Made by a program: the position numbers and the translations under genes. A DNA stretch of 63,705 nucleotides, the filler included. It is 4 parts of 4 records of this genome, joined end to end, with 100 filler letters (N's around TTAATTAATTAA, not from the genome) between each part and the next. Parts side by side here need not be neighbours in the genome. Positions count along the whole stretch, not along the records: positions 28,729 to 42,725 come from DRR723986_4753; positions 42,826 to 58,519 come from DRR723986_4763; 2 more parts are not named here. One strand, given 5' to 3'. Positions 41,793-52,764 of this stretch are shown in pieces (within the stretch, counting starts at the first letter, position 1; every line of letters begins with the position of its first letter). Under the pieces are notes generated by a model that ran no database searches, was not told the DNA's origin, and saw nothing but the letters and a program-made list of their open reading frames with translations.

Positions 41793-42236
41793 TCAGTCGA
41801 ACTTGCGCGAGGGGGCAAGGACCTTGGCTTCGCCGACCACCACCTTCTTGCCCTCGACCGAGCAATGCGTCTCGAGCGTGACGCGACGCTTGGCGATGTC
41901 GATGTCCGTCACCTTGACCTCGGCGTAGACCACGTCTCCGGGGCGGACCGGGGCAAGGAACTTCAGCGACTGGCCAAGGTAGACGGTGCCATGACCGGGA
42001 AGCTGTTCGCCGATCACCGCAGAGATCAGCCCGGCGGTCAGCATCCCGTGCGCGATCCGACCTTCGAAGATGGTGTCCTGCGCATAGTCGTCATCCAGAT
42101 GTACCGGGTTCCGGTCGGTCGAGACCTGGGCGAACATCTCGATGTCCTGATCCGTCACCTGTTTGCGCAGGTGGCGCGTCATGCCCATCTCGATATCTTC
42201 GATGCAGATCGTGCCGCGTGGCATGTTGTCCAACAT
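41793..42236 (-). CDS. MaoC-family (R)-enoyl-CoA hydratase
   Basis: DRNPVH, IAHGML and FLAPVRPGD. Confidence 0.92.
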   Translation of the reverse strand: MLDNMPRGTICIEDIEMGMTRHLRKQVTDQDIEMFAQVSTDRNPVHLDDDYAQDTIFEGRIAHGMLTAGLISAVIGEQLPGHGTVYLGQSLKFLAPVRPGDVVYAEVKVTDIDIAKRRVTLETHCSVEGKKVVVGEAKVLAPSRKFD

Positions 42237-42430
42237 CTCGCCCTCCATGGCTGCGCCCTTGGGTAATTTTGAACCACGGCAGGTGCCGCTGTGGCAACTT
42301 AATTACTTTGCGCGCGCAGAAAATCAAGAAGAAACGCCGGAGATGCGGCTTTGGTCGCAGGTCTTCGCACCGCTCCAGTGCCGGATCGGCCGCTGTCCGG
42401 GGCTTTGGACCGGCGGCCTTGGGGCGATCC

Positions 42431-42725
42431 TCAGCGCAGGAAACCGATCGAGAAGGTCGGTGCGATCCGTTCCTGTGCGATGTAGGCGTTAAGGGCCTCG
42501 GGCTCTGGCTGGCGGTCGGTCCGCGTCTCTTCGCGGGCAAGGCCGCCGGTGATGAAGAGCGAATCGATATCCTCGCCCATGGCGCCGCGAATGTCGGTGG
42601 CCGGGCCGTCGCCGATGGCGAGGATGGCCGCGTCGGGCACGCCCTTGCGGTGCTGCTCCAGCCGCCGGCGGGCAAGGTCGTAGATCGGCGGATGGGGCTT
42701 GCCGAAATACAGGCTTTCGCCGCCC
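42431..42725 (-). CDS. HAD-IIA hydrolase (TIGR01459-like), 3' part
   Basis: Reads GKPHPPIY...IGDGPATDI.GA from the contig edge. Confidence 0.85.
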
Positions 42726-42825
42726 NNNNNNNNNNNNNNNNNNNNNNNNNNNNNNNNNNNNNNNNNNNNTTAATTAATTAANNNNNNNNNNNNNNNNNNN
42801 NNNNNNNNNNNNNNNNNNNNNNNNN
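42726..42825. other. Artificial contig spacer
   Basis: N-run with TTAATTAATTAA. Confidence 0.99.
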
Positions 42826-44685
42826 ATCCATCAGCTCGCTCTTAATACCCAGCTCGTAGGAGGTCACGTACTCAGCGTCGAAACCTTCTTTGTAGCCAAA
42901 GCCGTAATCGATGCCGTCAGTCGCAGGGCCTTGGTTGCCGTCTTGCTGCGGGTCACGGGTGTTAAAACCACCAGACTTGTAGGCCTCTACACGCTTGGCG
43001 TAGATGTTGATGTCGTCAGTCAGGTCGTACTCGGCAACAAAGCTGAATGAGTCGTTACTGAAGTCTTGAGAGGCTGCGATATTGTCGAAGTCGCGGCATG
43101 TGCCATCGGTGGGGTCGCTACACTGTGCAAATGAAACATTAAGTACGCCGCCTGTTGGCAGCTCGGCATAGGTGCGGTCGATCTGGAATTTATTGGTAGA
43201 GCGTTTGTCCTCAGAGTGACGAGCACCAAAGGTCAAGTGCAGACGGTCTTCCAGAATATTCGGTGTCCAGGTGAATTGGCCAAACACCGCCGCTGCTTCG
43301 TTTTCAATATCGTAAACCTGGCTAAGCATGTTTACCGCACGAGTGCTGCTGAGCAAAGCGCCGAGTAGCGGTATGTCGATATTGATTGGGCCACTCAACT
43401 GATGGTGCAGAGGGCCATTGTCTTCGGTGGCTTCCTCTTTAAAGTAGTAGGCGCCAACAATATAGTTTACGCGGCTTTCAAACAGGTCGCCGCTGATCTG
43501 CAGTTCGTGAGAGTACTGCTCCTGGTTTACCTTGGGGTAGACCAGTGGCAAGCATCCGCCGTTCGTCACAAGTTGTGCGGCTGCACCGCAATATTCATTA
43601 GAGTCCAGACGGAAGATATCTTTACTATTGGAGTTGTTGCCGTGAGGGTCTTCACCTGGCTCCAGGGGTACGCCGCCGCCCAAGTCAGCATAGGACTTAT
43701 CAAACAGCTCACGGTAGGCGCCGATGTACTTCACTTGGGTGTTTTCAAAGTCTTTGGTCAGCGTGAAAGCGAAGCCTTCAATATCGGTGGTTGAAGGCTC
43801 GAAAGGCATTACCGTACCGACGCGCTTCTGACGAGAGTCCGAATAGCTCGCTTTTTGGCCTGCCGATACTAAGTCAGCCTGGCTGCCAGGGATCGGTGTA
43901 CGCGGACGAACGTGCTGATACTGCGTGTTGTAGTAGTCGAAATCCGACTTGTCGTAGGCAAAGTCCATTGCCAGTGAGTCAGTGATATCCCAACGCAGAT
44001 CGACGCGGTAGCCCTCTACGTCGCGGTCACCAAAGTCGCCGCCGGGGCCGGTGTTTTCAATGTGGCCATCCTGCATCGTGCGCATCGCTGCCAGCTTCAC
44101 CGCGATGGTATCGCTAAGTGGCAGGTTCAGGGTGCTCTTTGATGTAAACAGGTTTCGGTTACCTGCGGTGAATTTCTGCTTAAACTCGATGCCTTCAGTG
44201 GTGGGCTTCTTGGTCACCAGGTTGATCGCGCCACCTGTGGTGTTGCGGCCATAAAGAGTGCCCTGCGGGCCGCGCAGAATTTCGATACGTTGCAGATCCG
44301 CTACATCCAGTGCGGTACCTGTTGAGCGGGCGATATACACGCCGTCTACATAAATACCAACCGGTGGATCCTGGGTGATTTGCGCGTCTGAAATACCAAT
44401 ACCGCGAATAAAGATGCGCAGTGTGGCATTATTGATTGGGAAGGGTTCAATGGTCAGGCTTGGAACCTTAGAGCCGATGTCGCCCAGGCTGCTGATGCCT
44501 TCAACTTCGAGGCGGTCTTCGCTGAACGCGGTCAATGAGATAGGCGTGTCCTGCAGTGACTCAGCTTTCTTTTGAGCCGTTACAATAACTTCCTCAAGCG
44601 CGGCTTGTGCGTATAGCGATGGCGCAAACGCCGACAAGCCCAGCCCGCCCAGTGCAGCGAGGGATTTAAGCTTACTGACTTTCAT
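42826..44685 (-). CDS. TonB-dependent receptor (3'-truncated)
   Basis: LEEVIVTAQK TonB box, EILRGPQGTLYGRN and YKSGGFN. Confidence 0.93.
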
Positions 44686-45021
44686 ATATCACCCTTTTTT
44701 TGTAAGACGCAATGCGATTGCGACTGCGTAGTTTCCCTTGATTATTCGGAATTATGGTTATTTCTTATTGCGCATAAAGCAGATTTTGTGCAATTAGTTA
44801 CACTATTGTTACTTTTATGAGAGGAATCATAGCACAGCGTTTCCCGGTAGCTGGGTAGTCTGAAACGATTATGTGCCGCGGTCATTGGCTAGAAAAATTG
44901 TGCTCGTTGTCGCCTTAGCCAGTGGGGCTTTCAAAGTTGACAGTGCATATTAGTCGCCGACTAAAGCAGGCCGTATAATGCCCCACAATTCAGGGCTAAT
45001 AACGATGGAGCAGGACAGCGA

Positions 45022-46212
45022 ATGATCATTAAACCCCGTGTGCGCGGCTTTATGTGTGTAACCACTCACCCCGTAGGCTGTGAGGCAAATGTTCGCGAAC
45101 AAATTGACTATGTGAAGGCGCAGGGGGGCATCGAAAACGGCCCTAAAAAAGTGCTGGTGATCGGTTCTTCCACTGGCTACGGCTTGGCCTCGCGGATCAG
45201 TGCCGCCTTTGGTAGTGGGGCGGCCACGCTGGGTATCTTTTTCGAGAAAGAGGGCACCGAGAAAAAGCCGGGCACCGCAGGCTGGTATAACTCGGCGGCG
45301 TTTCACAAGTTCGCCGAGGCCGAAGGGCTGTATGCCAAGAGCATCAATGGCGACGCTTTCTCCGATGAAATAAAGCAAAAAACCATCGCGCAAATAAAGG
45401 AAGACCTGGGGCAGGTTGACCTCGTGGTGTACAGCTTGGCGGCGCCTCGTCGTCAGCACCCCAAAACCGGTGAGATCTATAATTCGACCTTGAAGCCCAT
45501 CGGCAAGGCGGTCAGCCAGCGCGGCGTGAACACCGATAAAGAAGTCATCGAAACAGTCACGCTGCCCGAGGCTTCTCAGGAAGACATCGACAACACGGTG
45601 GCCGTGATGGGCGGTGAAGATTGGCAGATGTGGATCGACGCCCTCGATGAGGCCGGTGTGCTTGCTGATGGCGCCAAGACGACGGCCTACACCTATCTCG
45701 GTGAGCGCATCACCTGGGATATCTATTGGCATGGCACCATCGGTCAGGCGAAAAAAGACCTGGATAAACGCGTGGCCGACATTCGCCAGCGCTTGGCGGC
45801 CAAGGGTGGCGATGCGAGAGTCTCGGTGTTGAAGGCGGTGGTGACTCAGGCGAGCTCAGCGATTCCGATTATGCCTTTGTACTTGTCGCTGTTGTTCAAG
45901 GTGATGAAAGCCGACGGCAGTCACGAAGGTTGTATCGAACAGGTATACGGGCTGTTTCGCAACAGCCTATACAGCGATGCGCCAGTGCTGGACGACGAGG
46001 GCCGGCTGCGCGCCGATGGTCTGGAGCTGCGTGAAGAGATTCAGCAAGCCGTGGCTGAGGCCTGGGATCAGGTGACGACAGAAAACCTCCACGACCTCAC
46101 CGATTTTGCGGGCTACAAGCACGAGTTTTTGAAGTTGTTTGGCTTTGATATCGACGGCGTGGATTACGACGCCGATGTCGACCCCGTGGTGGCGATAAAA
46201 AACATGGTGTAA
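45022..46212 (+). CDS. fabV: Enoyl-ACP reductase FabV
   Basis: [30 protein letters not shown] and YWHGTIG. Confidence 0.95.
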   Translation: MIIKPRVRGFMCVTTHPVGCEANVREQIDYVKAQGGIENGPKKVLVIGSSTGYGLASRISAAFGSGAATLGIFFEKEGTEKKPGTAGWYNSAAFHKFAEAEGLYAKSINGDAFSDEIKQKTIAQIKEDLGQVDLVVYSLAAPRRQHPKTGEIYNSTLKPIGKAVSQRGVNTDKEVIETVTLPEASQEDIDNTVAVMGGEDWQMWIDALDEAGVLADGAKTTAYTYLGERITWDIYWHGTIGQAKKDLDKRVADIRQRLAAKGGDARVSVLKAVVTQASSAIPIMPLYLSLLFKVMKADGSHEGCIEQVYGLFRNSLYSDAPVLDDEGRLRADGLELREEIQQAVAEAWDQVTTENLHDLTDFAGYKHEFLKLFGFDIDGVDYDADVDPVVAIKNMV

Positions 46213-46231
46213 GCCGCTGAATTAGCCGTGC

Positions 46232-46260
46232 AACGGGAGCATTAGCTCCCGTTTTTATTT
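46232..46260 (+). terminator. Intrinsic terminator after fabV
   Basis: AACGGGAGC-ATTA-GCTCCCGTT followed by TTTATTT. Confidence 0.85.
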
Positions 46261-46346
46261 GTACAGAAAAAATTGATTCGGGCGGTTTGCGGCGCCGCGT
46301 TGGCTGCGTTAGAGTGCAGGCCGAATCTGTCCCACCGAGAGTCTCA

Positions 46347-47729
46347 ATGTCGTCCTCCCAGCAACAGGAATTACGCAGCCAGCTGCGTATTGCTCTGCCT
46401 ATTTTTGGTGGCCAGTTGGCCCAGTCTGCCAACGGATTTGTAGACACCGTCATGGCCGGCCGCGTCTCGGCACTGGACTTGGCCGCTGTGGCAGTTGGCG
46501 CCAGTATCTGGGTGCCGGTATTTCTGTTTCTGACCGGCTTGCTAATGAGCACGACCTCGGTACTGGCCCGCCATATGGGTGCAGGCCAGCACCACCGCGT
46601 GAGCCCGATTATGCAGCAGGCGGTGATGCTGGGTTTGCTATTTGGGGTACTGGCATTTTTCCTGTTGCGAAACACGGCCCCTGTGCTGGCCTGGATGGAT
46701 GTTGATGAGACGATGCGTCCAATGGTGCGAGAGTACCTGCGGGGCCTGAGTTGGGGCTTGCCGGCCATTGCCGTGGTATTGGCGCTGCGCAGTTACACCG
46801 AGGCGAGGGGAGACACCCGGCCCGTATTGTGGATTAGCGTGATAGGGTTGCTCGTCAATATCCCGGTGAACTACGTGCTGATCTACGGCAAATTGGGTTT
46901 TCCCGCAATGGGCGGAGTTGGCTGCGGGTGGGCCACGGCGGTGGTGATGTGGCTGATGGCGGCGCTGATGATTTTTTACGTATTGCGCCATCCCAGTTAT
47001 GCAAACTCCGATGACCGCTTCAAACTGAGCCCGTGGCGGCTGGAACCGGCGACCCTGAGGTACTTATTTGGCTTGGGCTTGCCTGTGGCCTTGGCGATAT
47101 TTTTTGAAGTCAGCATTTTTGCGGTGATAGCCTTGTTGCTCAGCCAGTCCGGCCCCATCATCGTGGCGGGCCATCAACTGACCCTGAATTTCACCTCGCT
47201 GGTCTTTATGCTGCCGCTCAGTTTTGCCCTGGCGGCAACGGCGCGCATCGGCCATGCGCGCGGTCGCGAGGACGAACAAGCGCTGCGCACCGCGATAAAC
47301 GTCGCCTTTCGCATTACGCTATTTATCGGTTTTGCGGCGGCGAGCTTGCTGGTGCTGACGCGGCAGTGGATTCCCCGCATCTACACCGACAACGCAGAGG
47401 TTATTGCGCTGGCCAGTTATCTGCTGCTGTTCGCCGCGCTCTATCAAGTTTCAGACGCTCTACAAGTGACTGCCAATGGCTGCCTGCGCGGTTTTGAAGA
47501 TACCCGAGTGCCGATGTTGCTCACGCTATTTGCCTATTGGGGCGTGGGTTTGCCGGTGGGCTATGTGCTGGCAACCGGGCAGTGGCAGCTGTCGCCGATG
47601 GGGCCAAGCGGCTACTGGTTGGGCTTGTGTGCCGGGCTGAGTTGCTCAGCGCTGTTGCTGGGCGCGAGGTTGCTATGGCGCTTGCGCAGTCCACTGCAGG
47701 CGGCGCACAACAAAGCGCCTCTGCTTTGA
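46347..47729 (+). CDS. MATE efflux transporter (NorM-like)
   Basis: VDTVMAG, GGVGCGWAT and DALQV...LRG motifs, about 12 TM segments. Confidence 0.92.
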   Translation: MSSSQQQELRSQLRIALPIFGGQLAQSANGFVDTVMAGRVSALDLAAVAVGASIWVPVFLFLTGLLMSTTSVLARHMGAGQHHRVSPIMQQAVMLGLLFGVLAFFLLRNTAPVLAWMDVDETMRPMVREYLRGLSWGLPAIAVVLALRSYTEARGDTRPVLWISVIGLLVNIPVNYVLIYGKLGFPAMGGVGCGWATAVVMWLMAALMIFYVLRHPSYANSDDRFKLSPWRLEPATLRYLFGLGLPVALAIFFEVSIFAVIALLLSQSGPIIVAGHQLTLNFTSLVFMLPLSFALAATARIGHARGREDEQALRTAINVAFRITLFIGFAAASLLVLTRQWIPRIYTDNAEVIALASYLLLFAALYQVSDALQVTANGCLRGFEDTRVPMLLTLFAYWGVGLPVGYVLATGQWQLSPMGPSGYWLGLCAGLSCSALLLGARLLWRLRSPLQAAHNKAPLL

Positions 47730-47781
47730 CGGCCCGCTGCGAAATCGACACACTTGTGGCGTGAAAGGCGGAGCACAGATA

Positions 47782-48615
47782 ATGCAAAGTGGAATTCTCG
47801 AACAATTGCGACCGACGGTGCACAGAGTGATCGCGCCAAACCCCGGCGTAATGACCGGTCCCGGCACCAATAGCTACTTACTTGGCCGTCGCCGCATAAC
47901 CCTGCTCGATCCGGGGCCGCCAATGGCCGAACATGTGGAGGCTCTGGAGGCCGCTTTGCGCCAAATTGGCGGCGAGCTTACGCAAATTGTTGTGACCCAC
48001 ACCCATCCGGACCACTCTCCCGCGGCGGCCATGCTGGCAGAGCGTTACGATGTGCCGCTGCTTGGGCGGGCCATTGCTGATGACGGTCATCAGGACACGA
48101 GCTTTTCGCCACACATTGAGCTGCAGCATGAGCATGATATTGATGTCGATGGCGAGCGCTTAATCGCCGTGCATACCCCCGGGCATGTCGACAATCACTT
48201 TTGCTTTCTCCATGAGCCCAGTGGCCTGCTGTTTACCGGCGACCATATTATGGAGGGGTCGACGGTGGTGATTATCCCTCCCGCCGGTGATATGGCCGAT
48301 TACATTGCGTCGCTCGAACGCATGCTGGAATACCCGCTTCAGGCCCTGGCACCGGGGCACGGCCGTCTTATTGACGAGCCCCGCGCGGAAATCGAGGCGC
48401 TGATAAAACACCGCCTGGGGCGAGAGCACAAAGTGCGCCAAACACTTGAGTCGCAGCAACGCCCCCAGGCGCTGGATGGCTTGGTGGTACATGCCTACGA
48501 CGATGTTGACCCTGCCCTGCACCCCATAGCGCAGCTCTCGCTGTGGGCCCATCTGTTGAAATTGCAAAAAGACGGCGAAGCGATAGAGCGCGACGGTCTA
48601 TGGCAGCGCGTGTAA
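47782..48615 (+). CDS. MBL-fold hydrolase
   Basis: APNPGVMTGPGTN, THTHPDH and TPGH. Confidence 0.9.
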   Translation: MQSGILEQLRPTVHRVIAPNPGVMTGPGTNSYLLGRRRITLLDPGPPMAEHVEALEAALRQIGGELTQIVVTHTHPDHSPAAAMLAERYDVPLLGRAIADDGHQDTSFSPHIELQHEHDIDVDGERLIAVHTPGHVDNHFCFLHEPSGLLFTGDHIMEGSTVVIIPPAGDMADYIASLERMLEYPLQALAPGHGRLIDEPRAEIEALIKHRLGREHKVRQTLESQQRPQALDGLVVHAYDDVDPALHPIAQLSLWAHLLKLQKDGEAIERDGLWQRV

Positions 48616-48728
48616 ATCCGTAAGCCGCGATCAGGCCGTTGCCCGCTCAGCAAATTGGTAATCTTGTAGATATCAGCCATATTTCCTGTGAGAAAGCCGC
48701 CCTTTGTGCGGTGTAACGGGAGATCGAT

Positions 48729-49838
48729 ATGCGTATCGGCGTGCCAAAAGAGCAAAAAGCGCAAGAATATCGTGTGGGTTTGACGCCCAGCGCGGTGCGT
48801 CAGCTCACTGAGCAGGGTCACCAAGTCGTTGTTGAAGAGGGCGCAGGTCAGGGATCGGGCTATCTGGATGACGAATATCGGCAAGCCGGTGCTAACGTGT
48901 TGTCAGGCGCTGAAGAGGTTTACGCGCAAGCGGCGCTTATCGTCAAAGTGAAAGAGCCCCAGCCTGGGGAAATTGACCTGCTGCGCGCGGGCCAGTGCTT
49001 GTTCTGTTATCTCCATCTCGCCCCCGACATTGCGCTATGTGATGACCTGCTTGCCAGCGGCGTGACGGCTATCGCCTATGAAACGATTACCGACGACGCG
49101 GGCCGGCTGCCCCTGCTAAAGCCAATGAGTGAAATTGCGGGGCGGCTCTCAGTGCAGGCCGGGGCGCACTGTTTGGAAACTGCGCAGGGCGGTCGGGGCG
49201 TATTGCTGGGTGCTGTTGCCGGGCTGCCGCCAGCAAAAGTGTTGGTGCTCGGTGGGGGCGTTGTGGGCAGTCAGGCCATCGACGTGGCGCTGGGAATGGG
49301 CGCAACGGTAGCGGTGGTTGAAAAGCAGCGACAGCGCCGGGATCAGTTGGCCGCTCATTACAACAGTGCGCACCTGGCGGTACTGGCCGAGCTCGATTGC
49401 GAGGCCGTGTTGCCCAATGTCGATATGGTGGTTGGTGCGGCCTTGGTGCCGGGCGCGCGAGCGCCGCAGCTGATTAAGCGCAGCCATCTCCCACTGCTGA
49501 ATGCCGGTGCGGTATTGGTCGACGTCGCTGTCGATCAGGGCGGCTGTTTTGAAAGCAGTCGTCCGACCAGTCACCAGCAGCCCACATTTATTGATCAGGG
49601 GATTGTCCATTACTGCGTCGCCAATATTCCCAGTGCGGTATCGCGAACGGCGAGCCTGGCATTGAGTCAGGCAACGCTGCCCTATGTGCAGCGCATCGCC
49701 AGCAGTGACTTGCCCAGCATTGCGGCAACGCCGGGGATACGCGACGGTATCAATATTGCCGGTGGTACCGTTTACTGCCCGGCGGTGGCCGAGGCGCAGC
49801 AGCGTCCGCTGGCCGATCTGGCGTCACTCACAGTCTAG
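48729..49838 (+). CDS. ald: Alanine dehydrogenase
   Basis: IGVPKE, EYRVGLTP, YLHLA, DVAVDQGG and HYCVANIP. Confidence 0.92.
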   Translation: MRIGVPKEQKAQEYRVGLTPSAVRQLTEQGHQVVVEEGAGQGSGYLDDEYRQAGANVLSGAEEVYAQAALIVKVKEPQPGEIDLLRAGQCLFCYLHLAPDIALCDDLLASGVTAIAYETITDDAGRLPLLKPMSEIAGRLSVQAGAHCLETAQGGRGVLLGAVAGLPPAKVLVLGGGVVGSQAIDVALGMGATVAVVEKQRQRRDQLAAHYNSAHLAVLAELDCEAVLPNVDMVVGAALVPGARAPQLIKRSHLPLLNAGAVLVDVAVDQGGCFESSRPTSHQQPTFIDQGIVHYCVANIPSAVSRTASLALSQATLPYVQRIASSDLPSIAATPGIRDGINIAGGTVYCPAVAEAQQRPLADLASLTV

Positions 49839-49869
49839 GTTAACGTCATCCGAAGGGATTAGTTATCAG

Positions 49870-49904
49870 TGTTATGCGTAGTATTTAATAGATAATGCTA
49901 CGCA
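49870..49904. promoter_or_regulatory. Candidate operator upstream of the fadD3-like gene
   Basis: TGTTATGCGTAGTA, within the inverted repeat TGCGTAG-N16-CTACGCA. The same 14-mer lies upstream of ipdA. Confidence 0.5.
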
Positions 49905-49970
49905 AAGTCTTGTTGTATTGCGGTTCTGCTTCTAGACTCTATGTTTTCGCCGATGTTTAGGGGCTTGAAC

Positions 49971-51623
49971 ATGCCATCGTCTAAATCGCCTTCTGCCAAT
50001 GCTTCTGGTCGCGCTGATCAGCTTGCTGATCTCACCTTGCCGCCGCTGACTGTCCCCCGTTTGATGGGGTGGGCTGCTCAGCAGTACGGTGCAAAAACGG
50101 CAATACAGGCAGACGACGAGGTGCTCAGTTATCGGCAACTCAATGATCTTCGCCGCAGCGCCGGTCGTGCGTTCATGGCGCTGGGGGTTCAGTCGGGTGA
50201 CCGGGTGGCTATTTGGGCGCCGAATAGCGCGCGCTGGATTATTGCCGCGCTGGGCTTGCAGTCAGTAGGTGCTGTGTTGGTGCCTCTTAATACCCGTCTG
50301 CAGGGCCCCGAGGCTGCCGATATTCTCGCGCGGGCCGGAGTGAGCGTATTGCTGACTGTCGGTGCGCTGGAGGGGGCGGTTCCCGCCGAGGTGGTGAAAA
50401 GCGAAAGCCTACCGGCCTTGCGCCACAGTGTTCGACTGGACAGCGACGGCGACAGCGCGGATCAGTTGGGGTGGGCGGCATTTATGGCGAAGGCCAGCGA
50501 AGCCGACGACGCTGCCTTCATTGCGCTGGAGCGCGCAATCAATCCCGAAGACAGTGCCGACATGCTGTTTACCTCGGGTACCACCGGCAAGCCCAAGGGC
50601 GTGCTGTGTAGTCACGAACAAAACATTCGCGTATTTGCCACCTGGAGCGACACCGTTGGCCTACGCGCCGACGACAACTACCTGATCATCAATCCCTTCT
50701 TCCACTCCTTTGGCTACAAGGCCGGGTGGTTGGCAGCCCTGATTAGCGGGTGCACGATTTTCCCCATGGCGCAGTTTGATCGCCGCCTGGTTATGGAGGC
50801 AATTTCTCGCCACCGCATCAGCATGTTGCCCGGTGCGCCCTCACTTTACGAGATGCTACTGGCCGACCCCGAGCGAGGTAATTATGACTTCTCAAGCTTA
50901 CGCCTCGGCGTAACCGGCGCCGCGACGGTACCCGTAAAGCTGGTAGAGGACATGCGCAGCGAACTGGGTTTTGAAACGGTGGTGACCGCCTACGGACTCA
51001 CTGAGTCGACGGGGGTGGTGACCATCTGCCGCCCCGATGACGACCCCGAGACCATCGCCAACACCTGCGGCCGCGCGATGCCCGGTGTGGAGCTGAAATG
51101 CGCCGATCCGCAAACCGGTGAGGCGCGCGCTGCCGGCGAAGAGGGCGAGGTGTGGTTGCGGGGCTACAACGTTATGCAAGGCTACTTCGATATGCCCGAG
51201 GCGACTGCCGATGCCATCACCAGCGATGGCTGGCTACGCACCGGCGATATTGGTGTTATGGATGAGCGCGGCTACCTGCGCATTACCGACCGTTTAAAAG
51301 ATATGTACATCATGAACGGTGAAAACGTCTATCCCGCGGAAGTTGAAAAACTGCTCTACGGTTTGGATGGCGTCGCCCAGGCTGCCGTCATCGGTGTGCC
51401 CAAGGCACCACAGGGTGAAGTGGGTATGGCCTTTATTGTACGCCGCGCGGGCAGCGAGCTGTCGGCTGAACAGGTAAAAGCCTTCTGTGCTGAGCAATTG
51501 GCGCGCTACAAACTTCCTTACTACGTGGCCTTCGTCGATGCCCTGCCAATGAATGCCTCGGGCAAGGTGTTGAAAACGGAACTGGCTGCGCAGGCCGCCC
51601 AGCATATTGAGGCCCAGGCGTGA
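49971..51623 (+). CDS. fadD3: FadD3-like acyl-CoA ligase (probable HIP-CoA ligase)
   Basis: FTSGTTGKPKG, NPFFHSFGYKAG and TAYGLTE motifs. Adjacent to the ipdAB cluster. Confidence 0.75.
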   Translation: MPSSKSPSANASGRADQLADLTLPPLTVPRLMGWAAQQYGAKTAIQADDEVLSYRQLNDLRRSAGRAFMALGVQSGDRVAIWAPNSARWIIAALGLQSVGAVLVPLNTRLQGPEAADILARAGVSVLLTVGALEGAVPAEVVKSESLPALRHSVRLDSDGDSADQLGWAAFMAKASEADDAAFIALERAINPEDSADMLFTSGTTGKPKGVLCSHEQNIRVFATWSDTVGLRADDNYLIINPFFHSFGYKAGWLAALISGCTIFPMAQFDRRLVMEAISRHRISMLPGAPSLYEMLLADPERGNYDFSSLRLGVTGAATVPVKLVEDMRSELGFETVVTAYGLTESTGVVTICRPDDDPETIANTCGRAMPGVELKCADPQTGEARAAGEEGEVWLRGYNVMQGYFDMPEATADAITSDGWLRTGDIGVMDERGYLRITDRLKDMYIMNGENVYPAEVEKLLYGLDGVAQAAVIGVPKAPQGEVGMAFIVRRAGSELSAEQVKAFCAEQLARYKLPYYVAFVDALPMNASGKVLKTELAAQAAQHIEAQA

Positions 51624-51679
51624 ATATTGGCAGCGATGGTGCCATCCCGCCGCTAGCGGGGGATGAGTCCAATCAGGGC

Positions 51680-52132
51680 ATGGACGAGGTGGACTTTCGT
51701 ATTGTGGCCTTGCTGCGCCGCGACGGGCGCATGCCCTACAAGGCGATTGCTGCCGACCTCGGTCTAACCGAAGCCACTGTGCGCTCGCGGGTGCGTCGCA
51801 TGGAGGAGGCCGATAGCCTGCGGGTCGTTGCGGTTACCGACTACGAGGCGGTGGGCTACAGCATGATGTTGGCGGTCGGTATCCAGGTGGAGGGCCGCGC
51901 CGCCGATGAGGTTGCAGAAGATTTAGCGAGTTTTGCTCAGGTTTTCTCCGTGTGCCAGGTGGTCGGCACACTGGATATTGAAGCGCTGGCGGTGGCGCGT
52001 GATCAGGAAGACCTCAACCAGCTGCTCAGTGAGCTGGCTGCCGTGCCCGGTGTGAGAAAGCTGGAGCCATCCGTCGCGCTGGACGTTCTCAAAAATCAGT
52101 CAAATTGGGTGCCCTTCGGGCAGGCGGACTAG
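51680..52132 (+). CDS. Lrp/AsnC transcriptional regulator (alternative GTG start at 51620)
   Basis: DGRMPYKAIAADLGLTEATVRSRV HTH plus a RAM-like domain. Confidence 0.9.
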   Translation: MDEVDFRIVALLRRDGRMPYKAIAADLGLTEATVRSRVRRMEEADSLRVVAVTDYEAVGYSMMLAVGIQVEGRAADEVAEDLASFAQVFSVCQVVGTLDIEALAVARDQEDLNQLLSELAAVPGVRKLEPSVALDVLKNQSNWVPFGQAD

Positions 52133-52135
52133 GTC

Positions 52136-52627
52136 ATGCAGAAGAAACAGCTAGATGAGCTCGATCTGAAAATTCTCGACGGCCTGGCCCACGACGCCCG
52201 CACCAGCAACCGCAAAATTGCTGCGGAGCTTGGGATTACCGAGGGGACAGTGCGCTCGCGTATCAAACGAATGGAAGCCGAAGGCTTGGTGCGCATCACC
52301 GCAATGACCAATATCGCGCGGCTGCGAAACCCCATACTGGCTTACATTTGGGTGGAAGTAGAGCGCAGCGCACAGTGCGACGAGCTGGCCAAGCAGTTGG
52401 CGGCGGTGCCGGAAATCGGCTTTGTCGGCAAGATGCTGGGCCGCTTTGACTTGCTCGCCATTACGCTGGTGCAGAACCACGCGGAGCTCGCGGCCTTCTT
52501 GCACCGGCGTATCAGCGGCCTGCCTGGTGTACTGCGCACCGAATGCTCGTTGGGGGTTAATTTTGTTAAGCATGATTACCGCATGAGCCGGATCGTCGGC
52601 CCAGAGCCTGATAATGGGTCAGAATAA
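52136..52627 (+). CDS. Lrp/AsnC transcriptional regulator
   Basis: DARTSNRKIAAELGITEGTVRSRI HTH and GRFDL. Confidence 0.9.
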   Translation: MQKKQLDELDLKILDGLAHDARTSNRKIAAELGITEGTVRSRIKRMEAEGLVRITAMTNIARLRNPILAYIWVEVERSAQCDELAKQLAAVPEIGFVGKMLGRFDLLAITLVQNHAELAAFLHRRISGLPGVLRTECSLGVNFVKHDYRMSRIVGPEPDNGSE

Positions 52628-52691
52628 GTTTTTGCGTAATCTATTTGGCTTATGGCTTAGGTTTTTTTCATTGGTAAGCTGTAATTTCTAA

Positions 52692-52715
52692 TGTTATGCG
52701 TAGTAGAGCTGCGTA
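52692..52715. promoter_or_regulatory. Candidate operator upstream of ipdA
   Basis: TGTTATGCGTAGTA at 52692-52705 and a second TGCGTA at 52710. Confidence 0.5.
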
Positions 52716-52764
52716 TGACGGATTGTCTCAAGCGGCAAACCTCGCTTTGTATTAAGGAGTGGAC

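Noticed and set aside
48729..52627. Lrp genes interpreted as AldR regulating ald
   Set aside because: They are separated from ald by the fadD3-like gene and coupled to it, and the shared motif is not seen upstream of ald. Disfavoured but not excluded.
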